Source of the DNA: an uncultured Verrucomicrobiae bacterium
GTDB lineage: Bacteria > Verrucomicrobiota > Verrucomicrobiia > Chthoniobacterales > JAFAMB01
NCBI GenBank assembly: GCA_963837955.1
Contig: CAWIPH010000002.1
Coordinates: forward strand, 3,904,001 to 3,968,000
Reading direction: 5' to 3'
DNA: 64,000 nt
The notes under the pieces are model-generated. The model was not told where the DNA came from and ran no database searches. It worked only from the letters and a program-made list of their open reading frames with translations. The translations under genes were made by a program, and so were the position numbers. Shown piece by piece: positions 39,312 to 49,173 of this stretch. Numbering within the stretch: position 1 is the stretch's first letter; every line of letters begins with the position of its first letter.

Positions 39312-40799
39312 CTATCCAATATCTGCACGCACGAGTTTTCCAGTAAAAGCGCGGTGGAGGATGGATTGGCGTAGGCGCTCGGCGCGCTTCACGCTGGCAG
39401 TCACCAACGTTTCGAGTTCATCGATCACGGACAGCCGACGCTCCACTTCTGCCACTATGCGCCGCTGTTCGGCAAACGGCGGAACGGCAATCGGGGCGGG
39501 TCGAACTTCGCCGATATTTACTCCCTTTACCGCAACGCCACGGGCGACTCGGCGGAAGTAGCTCTGCGAATCTTCGCTGCGGAGGTGAATCGCGATATAG
39601 CGGCGATCGACCAGGGAGGTGACATCGAGGCGAGCGGTATCTTGGGTAATGTTCCCACCATTTAATTCAGTCGGGACTTCGGCGACGCGCCCATACGTCC
39701 CGCGGATCGCGAGGAGGAGATCACCGGCCTTGAGGGACGCGCGTGCGTATGCAGCTGCGATCTCTGACGAAGTGCGATGGAGCCCACTTACGTTAATGCG
39801 ATCACCCTTGATGTCTTTCACCTTCACGTAAGGGATTCCATGGGCGACGTTTTCTTTGGGCATGAGGATTCCGTAACAGATAACGCGCGTCGCGCTCGTG
39901 AGTTGTTCAAGGCTCGCGAGTACCCAACCCGTAGGTAGAAGCTCAGGTCCGAACCCGGGAGTAACGGTCGGGCTGGCGGGCTGATGGTATTCTCCTTTCC
40001 AATTGGCGGCTCTCGATGATTTGTCGTTAGTTAGGAGTCTGGCGAGCCTATCGGATTCCCACTGGCCGCGGCGTTCCTTGAGGATGCGATCCAGGAGTTG
40101 CTCACCAGTTTCATACGAGCCGCCTTCCCGCCGGGCGAGCTCGGCTTCTGTTGGAACCAGCCTTCCTTCGCAAGCGGCCTTCATTACGCTGGCACGGTAG
40201 CGTTTCAGGGCCGCCTGCACCCGCTTTAGCGACGCCACTCCGGCTTCCAGTCGGGTTAACTGCTTCTCAACTTCCGATACGATCCGATGCTGTTCGGAAA
40301 CCGGAGGCAGCGGCAGAGAGATGTTTTCGATATCTGACTTGCGTACGGAAGGAACAGTGGTAGCACGCGACAACTCGTCGAGCTTCAGAGTGCACGCGTA
40401 GTGAAAAAGGAAGCATGCATCTAGATCGTCCGACGCGGGAGACAGCCCCATAACGTTGTTGTCCACTAGGGCGGCCTTACTTAGCATCGCCCGTCGATTC
40501 AAAGCGATCGCGGCGCCAATTTTCGCAAAAACGATGGTGTTTGGCGGCAATGGTCTAGCGCGGATCGAGCTAGCATCCGCGTGGCTGATGTAGTGGTTGG
40601 CGCCCTTGAGGAATCGCTCGTTGCGCTTCCATGCTTCGGAAATGTCGCCGACCTTAAAAAAAGGAATTTCGCCTTGAACACGGCCTTGTAATCGTTCGGG
40701 AAAGCCAAAGCCGGCCAGAATCCTGCAAGATTCACCGAGGGTTGTGAGTCTCCATCCTCGCGGGAGGCAGTGGGTTGTTGAGTTTGCGTGTAAGCTCAC
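39312..40799 (-). CDS. hsdS: Type I RM specificity subunit
   Basis: Two TRDs each followed by PLPP..EQ.RIV. LPRGW/LPTGW and LRQSILHRAFTGKLV motifs. Intact. Confidence 0.93.
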   Translation of the reverse strand: MSLHANSTTHCLPRGWRLTTLGESCRILAGFGFPERLQGRVQGEIPFFKVGDISEAWKRNERFLKGANHYISHADASSIRARPLPPNTIVFAKIGAAIALNRRAMLSKAALVDNNVMGLSPASDDLDACFLFHYACTLKLDELSRATTVPSVRKSDIENISLPLPPVSEQHRIVSEVEKQLTRLEAGVASLKRVQAALKRYRASVMKAACEGRLVPTEAELARREGGSYETGEQLLDRILKERRGQWESDRLARLLTNDKSSRAANWKGEYHQPASPTVTPGFGPELLPTGWVLASLEQLTSATRVICYGILMPKENVAHGIPYVKVKDIKGDRINVSGLHRTSSEIAAAYARASLKAGDLLLAIRGTYGRVAEVPTELNGGNITQDTARLDVTSLVDRRYIAIHLRSEDSQSYFRRVARGVAVKGVNIGEVRPAPIAVPPFAEQRRIVAEVERRLSVIDELETLVTASVKRAERLRQSILHRAFTGKLVRADIG

Positions 40800-43577
40800 G
40801 CGGCAAGAGCGAGGTTAAGTTCGTCCATCAGCGGCCAGAGGCGCTTCGCCGAAGGCGCGGTAAATCGGGCCGAGCACATTGTCAGCTTCGAGGTGTTCGC
40901 GATCCACGCTGCCGCTGGCACTGACGTAGTCCCGCATCTTCTCAAGCCACGCCATTTGATCGGCTGTGAATGTTATCCCTTCCCGACGTTTGGTCTTCGA
41001 TCCACTCAGCGAATCGGGTGCGTACATGTTGCTCAAAGGGCTCGAGAACCGGTTCTTGTTCCAGCGCGACACGGACGAGGACACAAGATCAGTAAACCGG
41101 CGCGTAGCGGAGCTGGTCGGTCCAGACGAGGTGTGTCGGAACTGAGAGAATGCCGACCAAAGATTCTCAACCGGGTAAGCTCCAAAATCGGGCTTCAATT
41201 TTTCTTCGAGTTCCCTCAGACATTCTTCCGTAAGACGTTGGCGGTAAGGCCGGCTGTAGAGGATCTGCAACGCTGCGATCTCGTTCCGATGTTGTTCGAT
41301 GTATTCCTTGAAAGATCGGACCATGTTCTCAGCCTTTTCCTTTGCGGCTGCATCGAAGCCATGATCCACTGACGTTGTCGATCGTAACGACATCGATGGT
41401 CTTGTTCGTTGTCTTTCTTCAGCTTGGCCAGAGTATCGCGCAGCACCGGATTATCGAAAGGCGCGCACGCTTGTGCGATCAGGTTCTTGGCGAGCTTCTT
41501 GGAACAACGATGCATCGACCTCGTCTGGACTGGCGCCGGCTTACCGGTCGCAGCCTCGGCGGCAGCATCGGGATCGATCGCGCGCAATAGGGCAGCCGGA
41601 AAGCGCTGTAAGACTCGATCCACCGGATACCTCCTCAATCTTTTTGCGGTCAGCTGCTGATAGTGCTCGATCCAGTCGAGCGAGGCGTCCAGCCAGATGT
41701 GGTCAGAGTATCTTCGTCTCGTTTGCCAAGGGCGACACCGAGCAGAAGTTTATCAAACGCAACCGACGGTTTGCGTTCCAATGGACGCGAATCGGTCTTG
41801 TCGCTCTCGCACACGCCGACGGCGTCGACGATGACGAAATGAGTTTTGGCGATGCGCCTCCGCGCCGCTGACGGCTTGAAGATCGGTCGGCGATAGGACG
41901 CGAGTACCGCGCCCTTTCATCTGCTCGAAATAAACGCGGCTGCGAACATCGCGAAAAAAGAGCAGGCATTCCAAAGGCTTTGATGTCGGTTCCGGTAGCA
42001 ATCATATCGACTGTGACCGCGATTCGCAGTTGCGGCGACGTGCGGAATTCCTGGATGAGCGATTCCGATTTTTCATATCGTTTCGTCTCCGGATTGTAAG
42101 TTTTGTAAGTGATTTTCTTGCAGAAATCGTTTCCTTTGCCAAACACCTCGCGGCAGATGTGGACGATGTCTTCGGCATGCGAATCGTCCTTAGCGAAAAT
42201 CAAAGTCTTGGGCACGAGCTTGCGACCTGGGAAGAGTTCGGTGAACAGCACATCCTTGAACGTCTGCAAAACAGTGCGGATTTGCGAGGGGACTACGACC
42301 GAGCGATCAAGGTCTCGTGCGCGCGTAGTCGAGATCTTCGTCTAATCGTTCCCAGCGCGTTTTACGCGTCTCTTTGCTGCGCTTGATCGATATACAGACC
42401 TTTCTCGACCTGTCCTCCTTCTTCGGTCACTTGGGTTCGAATCCGATAGACGTCGTACCCGACATTGACGCCGTCGGCCACAGCTCGTTCGTGGCCGTAT
42501 TCCATCACGAGATTTTGTTTGAAGAAAGCCGATGGTCTGTTTGGAAGGCGTCGCGGTAAGGCCGATGAGAAATGCGTCGAAATATTCGAGCACTTGCCGC
42601 CAGAGATCATAGATCGAACGATGACATTCATCGGTCACGATGAAGTCGAACATCTCGATCGGAATTGCGCGGATTGTACTGGACTTCCGCGGGCCGCGAA
42701 TCAGCCGCAGCCGAGTTCGAACCCGGAAATTTCGTCAACGTCTTCGGCCAATTCTTCGCCGCGCAAAACGGAATAAAGGCGTTGAATGGTGCGAAACTGT
42801 GACACGCGCGACTGGATCGATGTTGCTCGAGGCAAGGTGCTGGACGTTGTAAATCTCAGTGAACTTCCGGCCGGTATCAGGCGTCGTGTACTGCTGAAAT
42901 TCGGTCACGGTTTGTCGGCCTAGATTACTGCGATCGACCAGGAACAAGACTCGTCGAGCGCCGGCGTGTTTGATCAGCCGATAAATGAACGAGACTGCTG
43001 TGAACGTCTTTCCTGCGCCGGTCGCCATTTGAATCAGCGCACGAGGATGATTCTCAGCAAATGACTCCTCGAGATTCGTGATCGCCTCAATCTGGCATTG
43101 ACGCATGCCGTGCGTGATCAGGAGTCGGCATCGGCCGAAGTCGTGCGCGGAGAGAAGTAGGCTTCAGAGGCCCATTCGCGGAGTGTCTCAGGTCGATGAA
43201 ACGCAAAGACATTGCGTGCCCGTGGATCGGGATCGCGATAGTCGGTAAAGAACGTTTCCGCGCCGGTCGACTCGTAAACAAATGGCAAGCGACCTGATGC
43301 GACCGACTTCCATCCAATCGGGCAGGCTCTCCGCATACTGCGCCGATTGCTCGGCCACACCGCTAAGTAATGTTCCGACTTTCTTTGCTTCAATGATGCC
43401 AACGGCCTTTCGATCGACACAGAGCAAATAATCAGCCTTGCCCTCCTTCATCGGTACCTCGCGAATGGCGATCCCAGAACCGGCGGAAAGATTGACTTGC
43501 CTATAATCCTGAACCAGCCAACCGCATTGCTGAAGAAGCAGATCGATCTGCTGGCGCGCTTTCTCTTCTGGCTTCAT
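40796..43577 (-). pseudogene. hsdR: Type I RM restriction subunit, heavily frameshifted
   Basis: PEEKARQQID, ADYLL..IEAKK, MATGAGKT, DECHRSIY, GLTATP, IAVTVDMIATGTD and FEQMKGRGTR in alternating frames. Confidence 0.88.
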
Positions 43578-44032
43578 CTAGGCCTCCAGCTTTGGGATCT
43601 CATAGAGCCGAACAGCTCGCGGGCGTCCCAATTTGCCGATTTAGTCTTTGTGCTGTTTTCCGATATTGGCTTTCTCCCCTCGGCCAGCCTAGATCGCTGA
43701 ACTGCCATGATTTGTGGATTTACCAGATCGGAGCATAGCGTTGCGAGCGGATTTCGCGGGACCGGGGACGTTAAGGTGGAATTACCGGTGATGGTCGCGG
43801 GCAGAGGTAAAATTGACCGCTGCAACATCTGGAACGGTCGTGGGTGAGTCCGATGAGGAAGACTGATGGAAGCTAGGGCAATACGATACCGGTTCGAGAT
43901 CCGGAAACTTGCCGCGGATGGAAGGACCTTAGGGTTGGTAATTTTCCTCGCTCGGAGCTATATTTAGGCTGTGTGAGGGTAATTCGAAAAGGTGTCAATC
44001 GTCACTTCTAACCCTCTGTAACTGCTTCCCGC

Positions 44033-44491
44033 ATGCGCGGGGTTAGAAAGCAAAGAATGGATGATGAAATGCGGTTCGGAGCCAATGCATTTGACCGGCC
44101 GTCAATTTTTGTTGGACAGACAAAGTCCGAAATAAATGAAGCGATAGAGGCTGATGTTCAGCGGCTTTTCACGCTTAATGCCGAGGCTGAAAGGAAGCGG
44201 GCCCTTGCCAAATCTGTCAAGGAAACCGGCTCGGCTAATGCTGATAAATTAGATGCCGAGGCGGCAGACGCTGAGGCTGAATGTGACCTTTGGCTTGAGC
44301 AGCACGCGGCGCTCCTGGATCAAACCCCAACTGCATGGCCCTCCCCGGGTCGGCCTCAATACATTACGCGAGAGGAACACAGGGCATTCTGTCAGAAGTT
44401 GCTGGATGATTGGAAATCTCGCGACCCGGAGAACGCGCCGGCAACGGTAGAAGAGTTCATGATCGACTGCTATGGCAATTGGCCAGATTAA
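44033..44491 (+). CDS. Hypothetical protein
   Basis: 152-aa ORF, no motif recognised. Confidence 0.5.
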   Translation: MRGVRKQRMDDEMRFGANAFDRPSIFVGQTKSEINEAIEADVQRLFTLNAEAERKRALAKSVKETGSANADKLDAEAADAEAECDLWLEQHAALLDQTPTAWPSPGRPQYITREEHRAFCQKLLDDWKSRDPENAPATVEEFMIDCYGNWPD

Positions 44492-44783
44492 AGCAGACCA
44501 AAAAATTCCGCGGGTAGGAACTACCAGTCAATGATTGAGCCGCTCGGCTCTTTTACGCTCTTCTTCTCGAAGTGCCAAAGCTTGGGCGAAACGAAGGTTT
44601 TCAGCTTGCCGTTGGTCTTCTAGACTGGTGTCTAAGTACGCGTCCGGAGGCGCTTTCTGGATGTTTTTATGCAGTCTTTCGAGTGGACTGTCATCATTTT
44701 TTTCCATAGAAATCCTGGCTCTTTTGCCAAGCCCTTATCCAACACTTCAAGCTTACCACTGTCGGCCTTGGCTATCAAGGAAG

Positions 44784-45047
44784 CTATCCGTGCGACCGCA
44801 TCCCGCCGTCTCGAAATCCTGTATTCTCTCCGCTCTCGACGGCGGCTTTAAATGCTTCAAGAGCGTCCCGGATTTCCTGAATTTCTTTGGCGACAAGCTC
44901 GTTTTCTTTTGGCGAAAGGTTGGGGGCATTCAACATGACCCGGCCACGCGATTCGACGGCGTTCTCGATCCGTTTTAGGGGATCGAAGAGAGCTGGGGTG
45001 AGCTTCGGCATCAGATGTTCTATTGAACATATACGGCCTCTATCCAA
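44784..45047 (-). CDS. Small hypothetical protein
   Basis: Helical ORF. Start uncertain. Confidence 0.35.
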   Translation of the reverse strand: MDRGRICSIEHLMPKLTPALFDPLKRIENAVESRGRVMLNAPNLSPKENELVAKEIQEIRDALEAFKAAVESGENTGFRDGGMRSHG

Positions 45048-45478
45048 TTCTAAGCACGCAAATTTGGTGTACGGTTATCAGATGACAACATTGAAGAGGG
45101 ATGTAGGACCAGACGATGGAGACCGGCAGGCGCAGTGGGAAATGCAAACAGACCGGATGAGAAAATATTGCGATCAACACCCTGGTCACTCAGAAGCGGA
45201 GGAGATGCTAAACCGGCTTCAAAAAGAGCCTTACCCACCGGCCGAGTTCGCTAATAAGTTCGCAAAGCTCTCGGAAAGTAAGTGAGCGAGCCGGATCCTG
45301 AAACCACGCTGCGCGAGTTCCGCGAATATTTCGCGAGCAACTAGGAGGCCCGTGACTACCCACAGTTTCTATAGTAAACTAGTTGCAATTCCGCCCGCCA
45401 ATAGTCTTGATAGCAGAAGAGTTTTTTCGACCAGCAAGCAATTATTTGCGAAATAGGATCGGCCTTCAAATTGTGACC

Positions 45479-45925
45479 ATGCAGGATTCACCAATGACGA
45501 AAGATGACGCAATACTCGCTGCCATGGCAGCGGGAGACGTGAGCGCATTTACGCCGGTTCAGGTTCAGAAGCTGCTTTTCCTCTTGGACAAGAAGGCAGC
45601 TCCCGCTCTTGGTGGTCCTCTTTTTGATTTTCGGCCGTATGATTACGGCCCTTTTGACCGCGAAGTATATGACAGGCTGGATGAATTGGCTGCGAGCGGT
45701 TTGGTGGATATAGCCGGGCAATCGTTCAAACGTGACCGGCACTATAGCCTGACTCAGGCCGGCTTGGCGAGAGGACAAAGGGCTTTGGACACCCTGCCTG
45801 CGCCGGTTAAAAGCTACATGCAAAGGCTTTCTAGGTTTGTTACATCCCTGAGCTTCGTTCAGCTCGTTTCTGCTATTTACGGGGCGTATCCAGAGATGCG
45901 CGTTAACAGCGTCTTCGAAGACTAA
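45479..45925 (+). CDS. Panacea (DUF4065/SocA)/YwgA-like wHTH protein
   Basis: VQKLLFLLD...FDFRPYDYGPFDREVY..L..L...GLV...YSLT..G. Confidence 0.7.
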   Translation: MQDSPMTKDDAILAAMAAGDVSAFTPVQVQKLLFLLDKKAAPALGGPLFDFRPYDYGPFDREVYDRLDELAASGLVDIAGQSFKRDRHYSLTQAGLARGQRALDTLPAPVKSYMQRLSRFVTSLSFVQLVSAIYGAYPEMRVNSVFED

Positions 45926-45936
45926 ACGCTGAGCGA

Positions 45937-46716
45937 ATGACGGCAATCGTTGGGATTCTCTGCCGTGAAGGAGTGGTCATCGGCACGGATTCCGCAGCGA
46001 CCTTTTCTGTTGGCACGGGAGCGTACGCCATTCGGACGATCGAGGCACCAAGCAAAAAAATCGAGGTTATAGATGATAGAATAATCGTTGCTCCGACTGG
46101 GGAAATCGGCTTGGGCCAGCGTTTCTGTCATTACGTATCGGTCTTTAGTCAGGAAAAAAAATTTGGTAAAGATGCATCTCACATCCAAGTAGCCTCTGAG
46201 CTGGCTAACCAAGTGCTCAATCACTTCAGAACGACAGGTATTCAGTTAGGGCAGGTGGGATTCGGTTGTCTTCTTGCATTTCCTCTCGGATCAAAGCTAC
46301 ATCTTTGCGAGTTTCCCGCCGGTGCCTTTCAACCTGAGTTCAAAACCAAGGAACTTTGGTTTTCGTCAATGGGAAGTGGGCAAGCGATTATTGATCCATT
46401 CTTGGCTTTTCTGCGCAAGATCTTTTGGCCTCGGAGCAACGCAGGCCTTCCAACTCTCAGCAGCGGAATATTCCTGGCGACTTGGGCTCTGACCCACGCT
46501 ATCGAGCTCAATCCTGGTGGGATAAACGGTCCGATTCAGCTTGCGACGTTAACGAACCTCCAAGATCACATCACGGTTAAGATGCTTTCCCCGTCTGAAA
46601 TCTTTGAACACGAGACAAATGTAAAAGCCGCGGAAAACCACTTAGCGGACTACCGAAAAGAGTTACAGAAAGAAGCCGGCCAGGGGATTCAGATCCCAGA
46701 CCCGGCCGAAGAATAG
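45937..46716 (+). CDS. Proteasome-beta-like Ntn hydrolase
   Basis: M-T-AIVGI....VVIGTDS..T, KKI, SMGSGQ and GGINGPI. Thr would be exposed at position 1 after Met removal. Confidence 0.8.
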   Translation: MTAIVGILCREGVVIGTDSAATFSVGTGAYAIRTIEAPSKKIEVIDDRIIVAPTGEIGLGQRFCHYVSVFSQEKKFGKDASHIQVASELANQVLNHFRTTGIQLGQVGFGCLLAFPLGSKLHLCEFPAGAFQPEFKTKELWFSSMGSGQAIIDPFLAFLRKIFWPRSNAGLPTLSSGIFLATWALTHAIELNPGGINGPIQLATLTNLQDHITVKMLSPSEIFEHETNVKAAENHLADYRKELQKEAGQGIQIPDPAEE

Positions 46717-46860
46717 GACCGGCCTTCGAACGTGGTTCGCGTTCATTGCGGTGCCCCGGCGTTTGCGCGAGAACTCACCAGGAGGCGCTCAGGGCCTGGA
46801 ATGGATGCGTGCCCACGTTAACACTTGATAACGGTTGTCAAATCGTGGATATTCCTTTTG

Positions 46861-46940
46861 GCACCACTTTAAACCGAATACCCTGACGAGATCAGGGAAG
46901 CCCTATAGGGTACTCGCAAGAGTGTAGGTTTTCAGGGTGC
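46861..46940 (-). ncRNA. Candidate DUF3800-associated structured RNA
   Basis: Closed multi-stem fold (GCACC/GGUGC, AAACC/GGUUU and inner hairpins) overlapping the DUF3800 stop codon. Confidence 0.6.
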
Positions 46941-47693
46941 TTTCTTTTTGATTTGGAGCCTAAAAGTCCAAAGCTTAAACCTCATCACGTGGGTGTTCGT
47001 ATCGAAAAGTAGATGGGGCCATCCGAGCTTTTCCGCCAGGTATTTGGCGAGCTCAACCTTGGCGGGGCTCGCATCTTTTCGAAAGTGATGTCGATTCCTT
47101 TGGTACCCAACCGCGCCAGCGATGATATCTAGCATTTGGGTAATGTCGCACTCTTTCGAGTTCCTGGGCTCAATCTGGCGGAAAGGGGATGTTCGAATAT
47201 TGAATTTAGAAGCCATCCCTTTGTTCAAAAACGCCTTTAGCGTCGTAAGTTTATAAGACGTGTCGCGCTGATCTAAGAAAACAATGAACCGCTTTGGTGC
47301 TTTGCCTGAGAAGTACGGTCTACCAAAACAATGTAGAAGTAGTTGGTAATAGAATTTGTAAAAGCCTACTTCGTTGTCGCCGTCACTGAAAAAGGCATGA
47401 TTAATTTGGTGGCAATCGAATATGAGCGCTTTGAAGTGCACTACGTCAGACGTGGTCAAGTCAGTAAAGATGTCGATGATCTGTTTGTATTCGCCGAGTT
47501 TGCCTCGCGAGACCTTTGTCCACTTCAACTCAGCGGTCATTTTCGCTTTTTCGCGGAATGTACGGATTCTCTCGAGGACATCCCCCACCGACTTGGCATC
47601 CATAATCAGCCCAGCCAAAATCATGTAACGATCTTTGGTTTGACGACTTTCATCGCAATAGACGTGATAGACGGGCGTGACCTCCTGGCTCAT
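46932..47693 (-). CDS. DUF3800 domain protein
   Basis: VYCDES, ELKWTK, FLDQR and SK....Q..DIIAGAV acidic triad. Confidence 0.88.
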   Translation of the reverse strand: MSQEVTPVYHVYCDESRQTKDRYMILAGLIMDAKSVGDVLERIRTFREKAKMTAELKWTKVSRGKLGEYKQIIDIFTDLTTSDVVHFKALIFDCHQINHAFFSDGDNEVGFYKFYYQLLLHCFGRPYFSGKAPKRFIVFLDQRDTSYKLTTLKAFLNKGMASKFNIRTSPFRQIEPRNSKECDITQMLDIIAGAVGYQRNRHHFRKDASPAKVELAKYLAEKLGWPHLLFDTNTHVMRFKLWTFRLQIKKKAP

Positions 47694-47735
47694 CGCGGGG
47701 CTAGTTTAACAGGTTCATTGCCGAAAAACATAAGT

Positions 47736-48044
47736 TCACTTCCCAGAATTCAGCTTCTGCTTGGCTTGGGCGGCGCTAAGAACGATTTTCATTCCTCGGT
47801 TCAACAGGTTGAGGGTCTCGCCGATAGGCTCCGTGATTATCCGAAGTTGGATCTCGTTAATCTCCCCTCGAGCGAACATTTCCGTCGCATCGGCTAACTT
47901 GTAAGTCAGCTTCTGGGCGCTGATCCGCACGCGGTCCAATGTCTCGGTAACTTGCGCGATATTCTCTACCGGAATGCGTTCAAGGTTGATGACTTCGACG
48001 TCTAGATCGTCCGCGGGAGACGGTTTCTCTTGCTTAGGTTTCAC
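47736..48044 (-). CDS. Hypothetical protein
   Basis: 102-aa helical ORF, co-oriented upstream of the DUF3800 gene. Confidence 0.5.
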   Translation of the reverse strand: MKPKQEKPSPADDLDVEVINLERIPVENIAQVTETLDRVRISAQKLTYKLADATEMFARGEINEIQLRIITEPIGETLNLLNRGMKIVLSAAQAKQKLNSGK

Positions 48045-48491
48045 GGCAATTTCGAGTGCTCGAATGATGTAACAGCCATTTTAGAACGATAATCATCCGT
48101 ATGATAGCCGCTCGGATGGTTGCGAGCTTTAGGCTGCGACCTTTGGAGTGTATTTCTCTCGGATGGGCGCTCGCCTGGCCGGCGGCATTATCCAATAGCC
48201 TTGGCGAGCCGAGTTTATGAGTTCACGACCTAGATTCTTGCTAGGATTCATTTCCGGAGACGCTTTTACGCGTCAATGTTCACGAAAGCAAGCAAATAAA
48301 TAACACTGTTCTCATGTGTTGTTCTATATCACGACACGGTATCGTGTGTCACGCGATTTACGCTAACGGATAAGCCCGGAAGAATGTGGACTTGTTACCA
48401 GTCCTCCTGGCAGAGCGTTACCAGTCCGATTTCTCGTCGGCTCGTTTTGTCAGTTGTAACTCTATGATAGCAAGAGTGTTACAGAGTAGAG

Positions 48492-48579
48492 CGGTGAGGC
48501 AGGGATTCGAACCCTGGGTACCCTTTTGGGGTACAACGCTTTAGCAAAGCGCCGCTTTCGACCGCTCAGCCACCTCACC
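48492..48579 (-). tRNA. tRNA-Ser(GCT), CCA not encoded
   Basis: Acceptor GGTGAGG/CCTCACC, G discriminator, anticodon loop TTGCTAA, long variable arm GTACCC-CAAAA-GGGTAC, T-loop TTCGAAT. Confidence 0.97.
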
Positions 48580-48592
48580 GGACGGAAGCGCA

Positions 48593-48620
48593 AGGATATA
48601 CCCGCGAGCCACACCGTCAA
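48593..48620 (-). promoter_or_regulatory. Putative sigma70 promoter of tRNA-Ser
   Basis: TTGACG-N16-TATCCT, ending 13 nt before the tRNA. Confidence 0.5.
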
Positions 48621-48730
48621 ATCAATCTTAGTGAGTGGACTCGTCATGGACATCCGACCCGCCGTAACGGGAACCCGCGGCCGCGCACGGGCGTCAACAT
48701 GAGGCAACTCTTGATCAGTCCCCGAAAAGG

Positions 48731-49037
48731 GGAGGGCGCACGTCCTCGTGCGCCGTGGATCGCGAGGACGCGATTAACCCCGGGATTAATCGTATAAAGC
48801 GGCATGCCCTGGAGGGGCATTAGGATCCAATGTTGCAGCCATGAATCCAATGCGAGCACCTATTCTAGCGCCGCTTTCAGGGCGAAACGTTTGGAACACG
48901 TTTCCCGAGGTTAAAACCCCAGGCGGGAGGGATCGCAGCCTGTCCGACATAGCTTTTGATGCATCGCGCTCCACGACCGTGCGCTTCTGCGACGTCGGAT
49001 CCTCGCGATCCGCGGCGCACGAGGACGTGCGCCCTCC
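48731..49037. repeat. Composite REP element
   Basis: Inverted GGAGGGCGCACGTCCTCGTGCGCCG units flank an AACCCCGGG/GCCCTGGAGGGGC palindromic core. Confidence 0.85.
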
Positions 49038-49173
49038 CCCCCTGGCGGGGCAGAGGACCAGACATCGGCCTTACGCTGACGCAGATGCGCGGTCGCCGGA
49101 CCGCTACCGACCTCCGCCACACCGTTGCGCCGTTACGCACATTCGCGCCCTTTCGCCGTTCATTTCCTACATT

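Larger units (their letters stand above)
27601..48521. mobile_element. Island A: tRNA-Ser-integrated phage satellite (PICI-like), about 20.9 kb
   Basis: att repeats, integrase, AlpA-like gene, primase, helicase, ori, cos-like site and terS. No recognisable structural genes. Defence-like cargo. Confidence 0.85.

Noticed and set aside
46861..46940. Simple intrinsic terminator
   Set aside because: Multi-branched fold that includes the stop codon and lacks a U-tract on the gene's strand.
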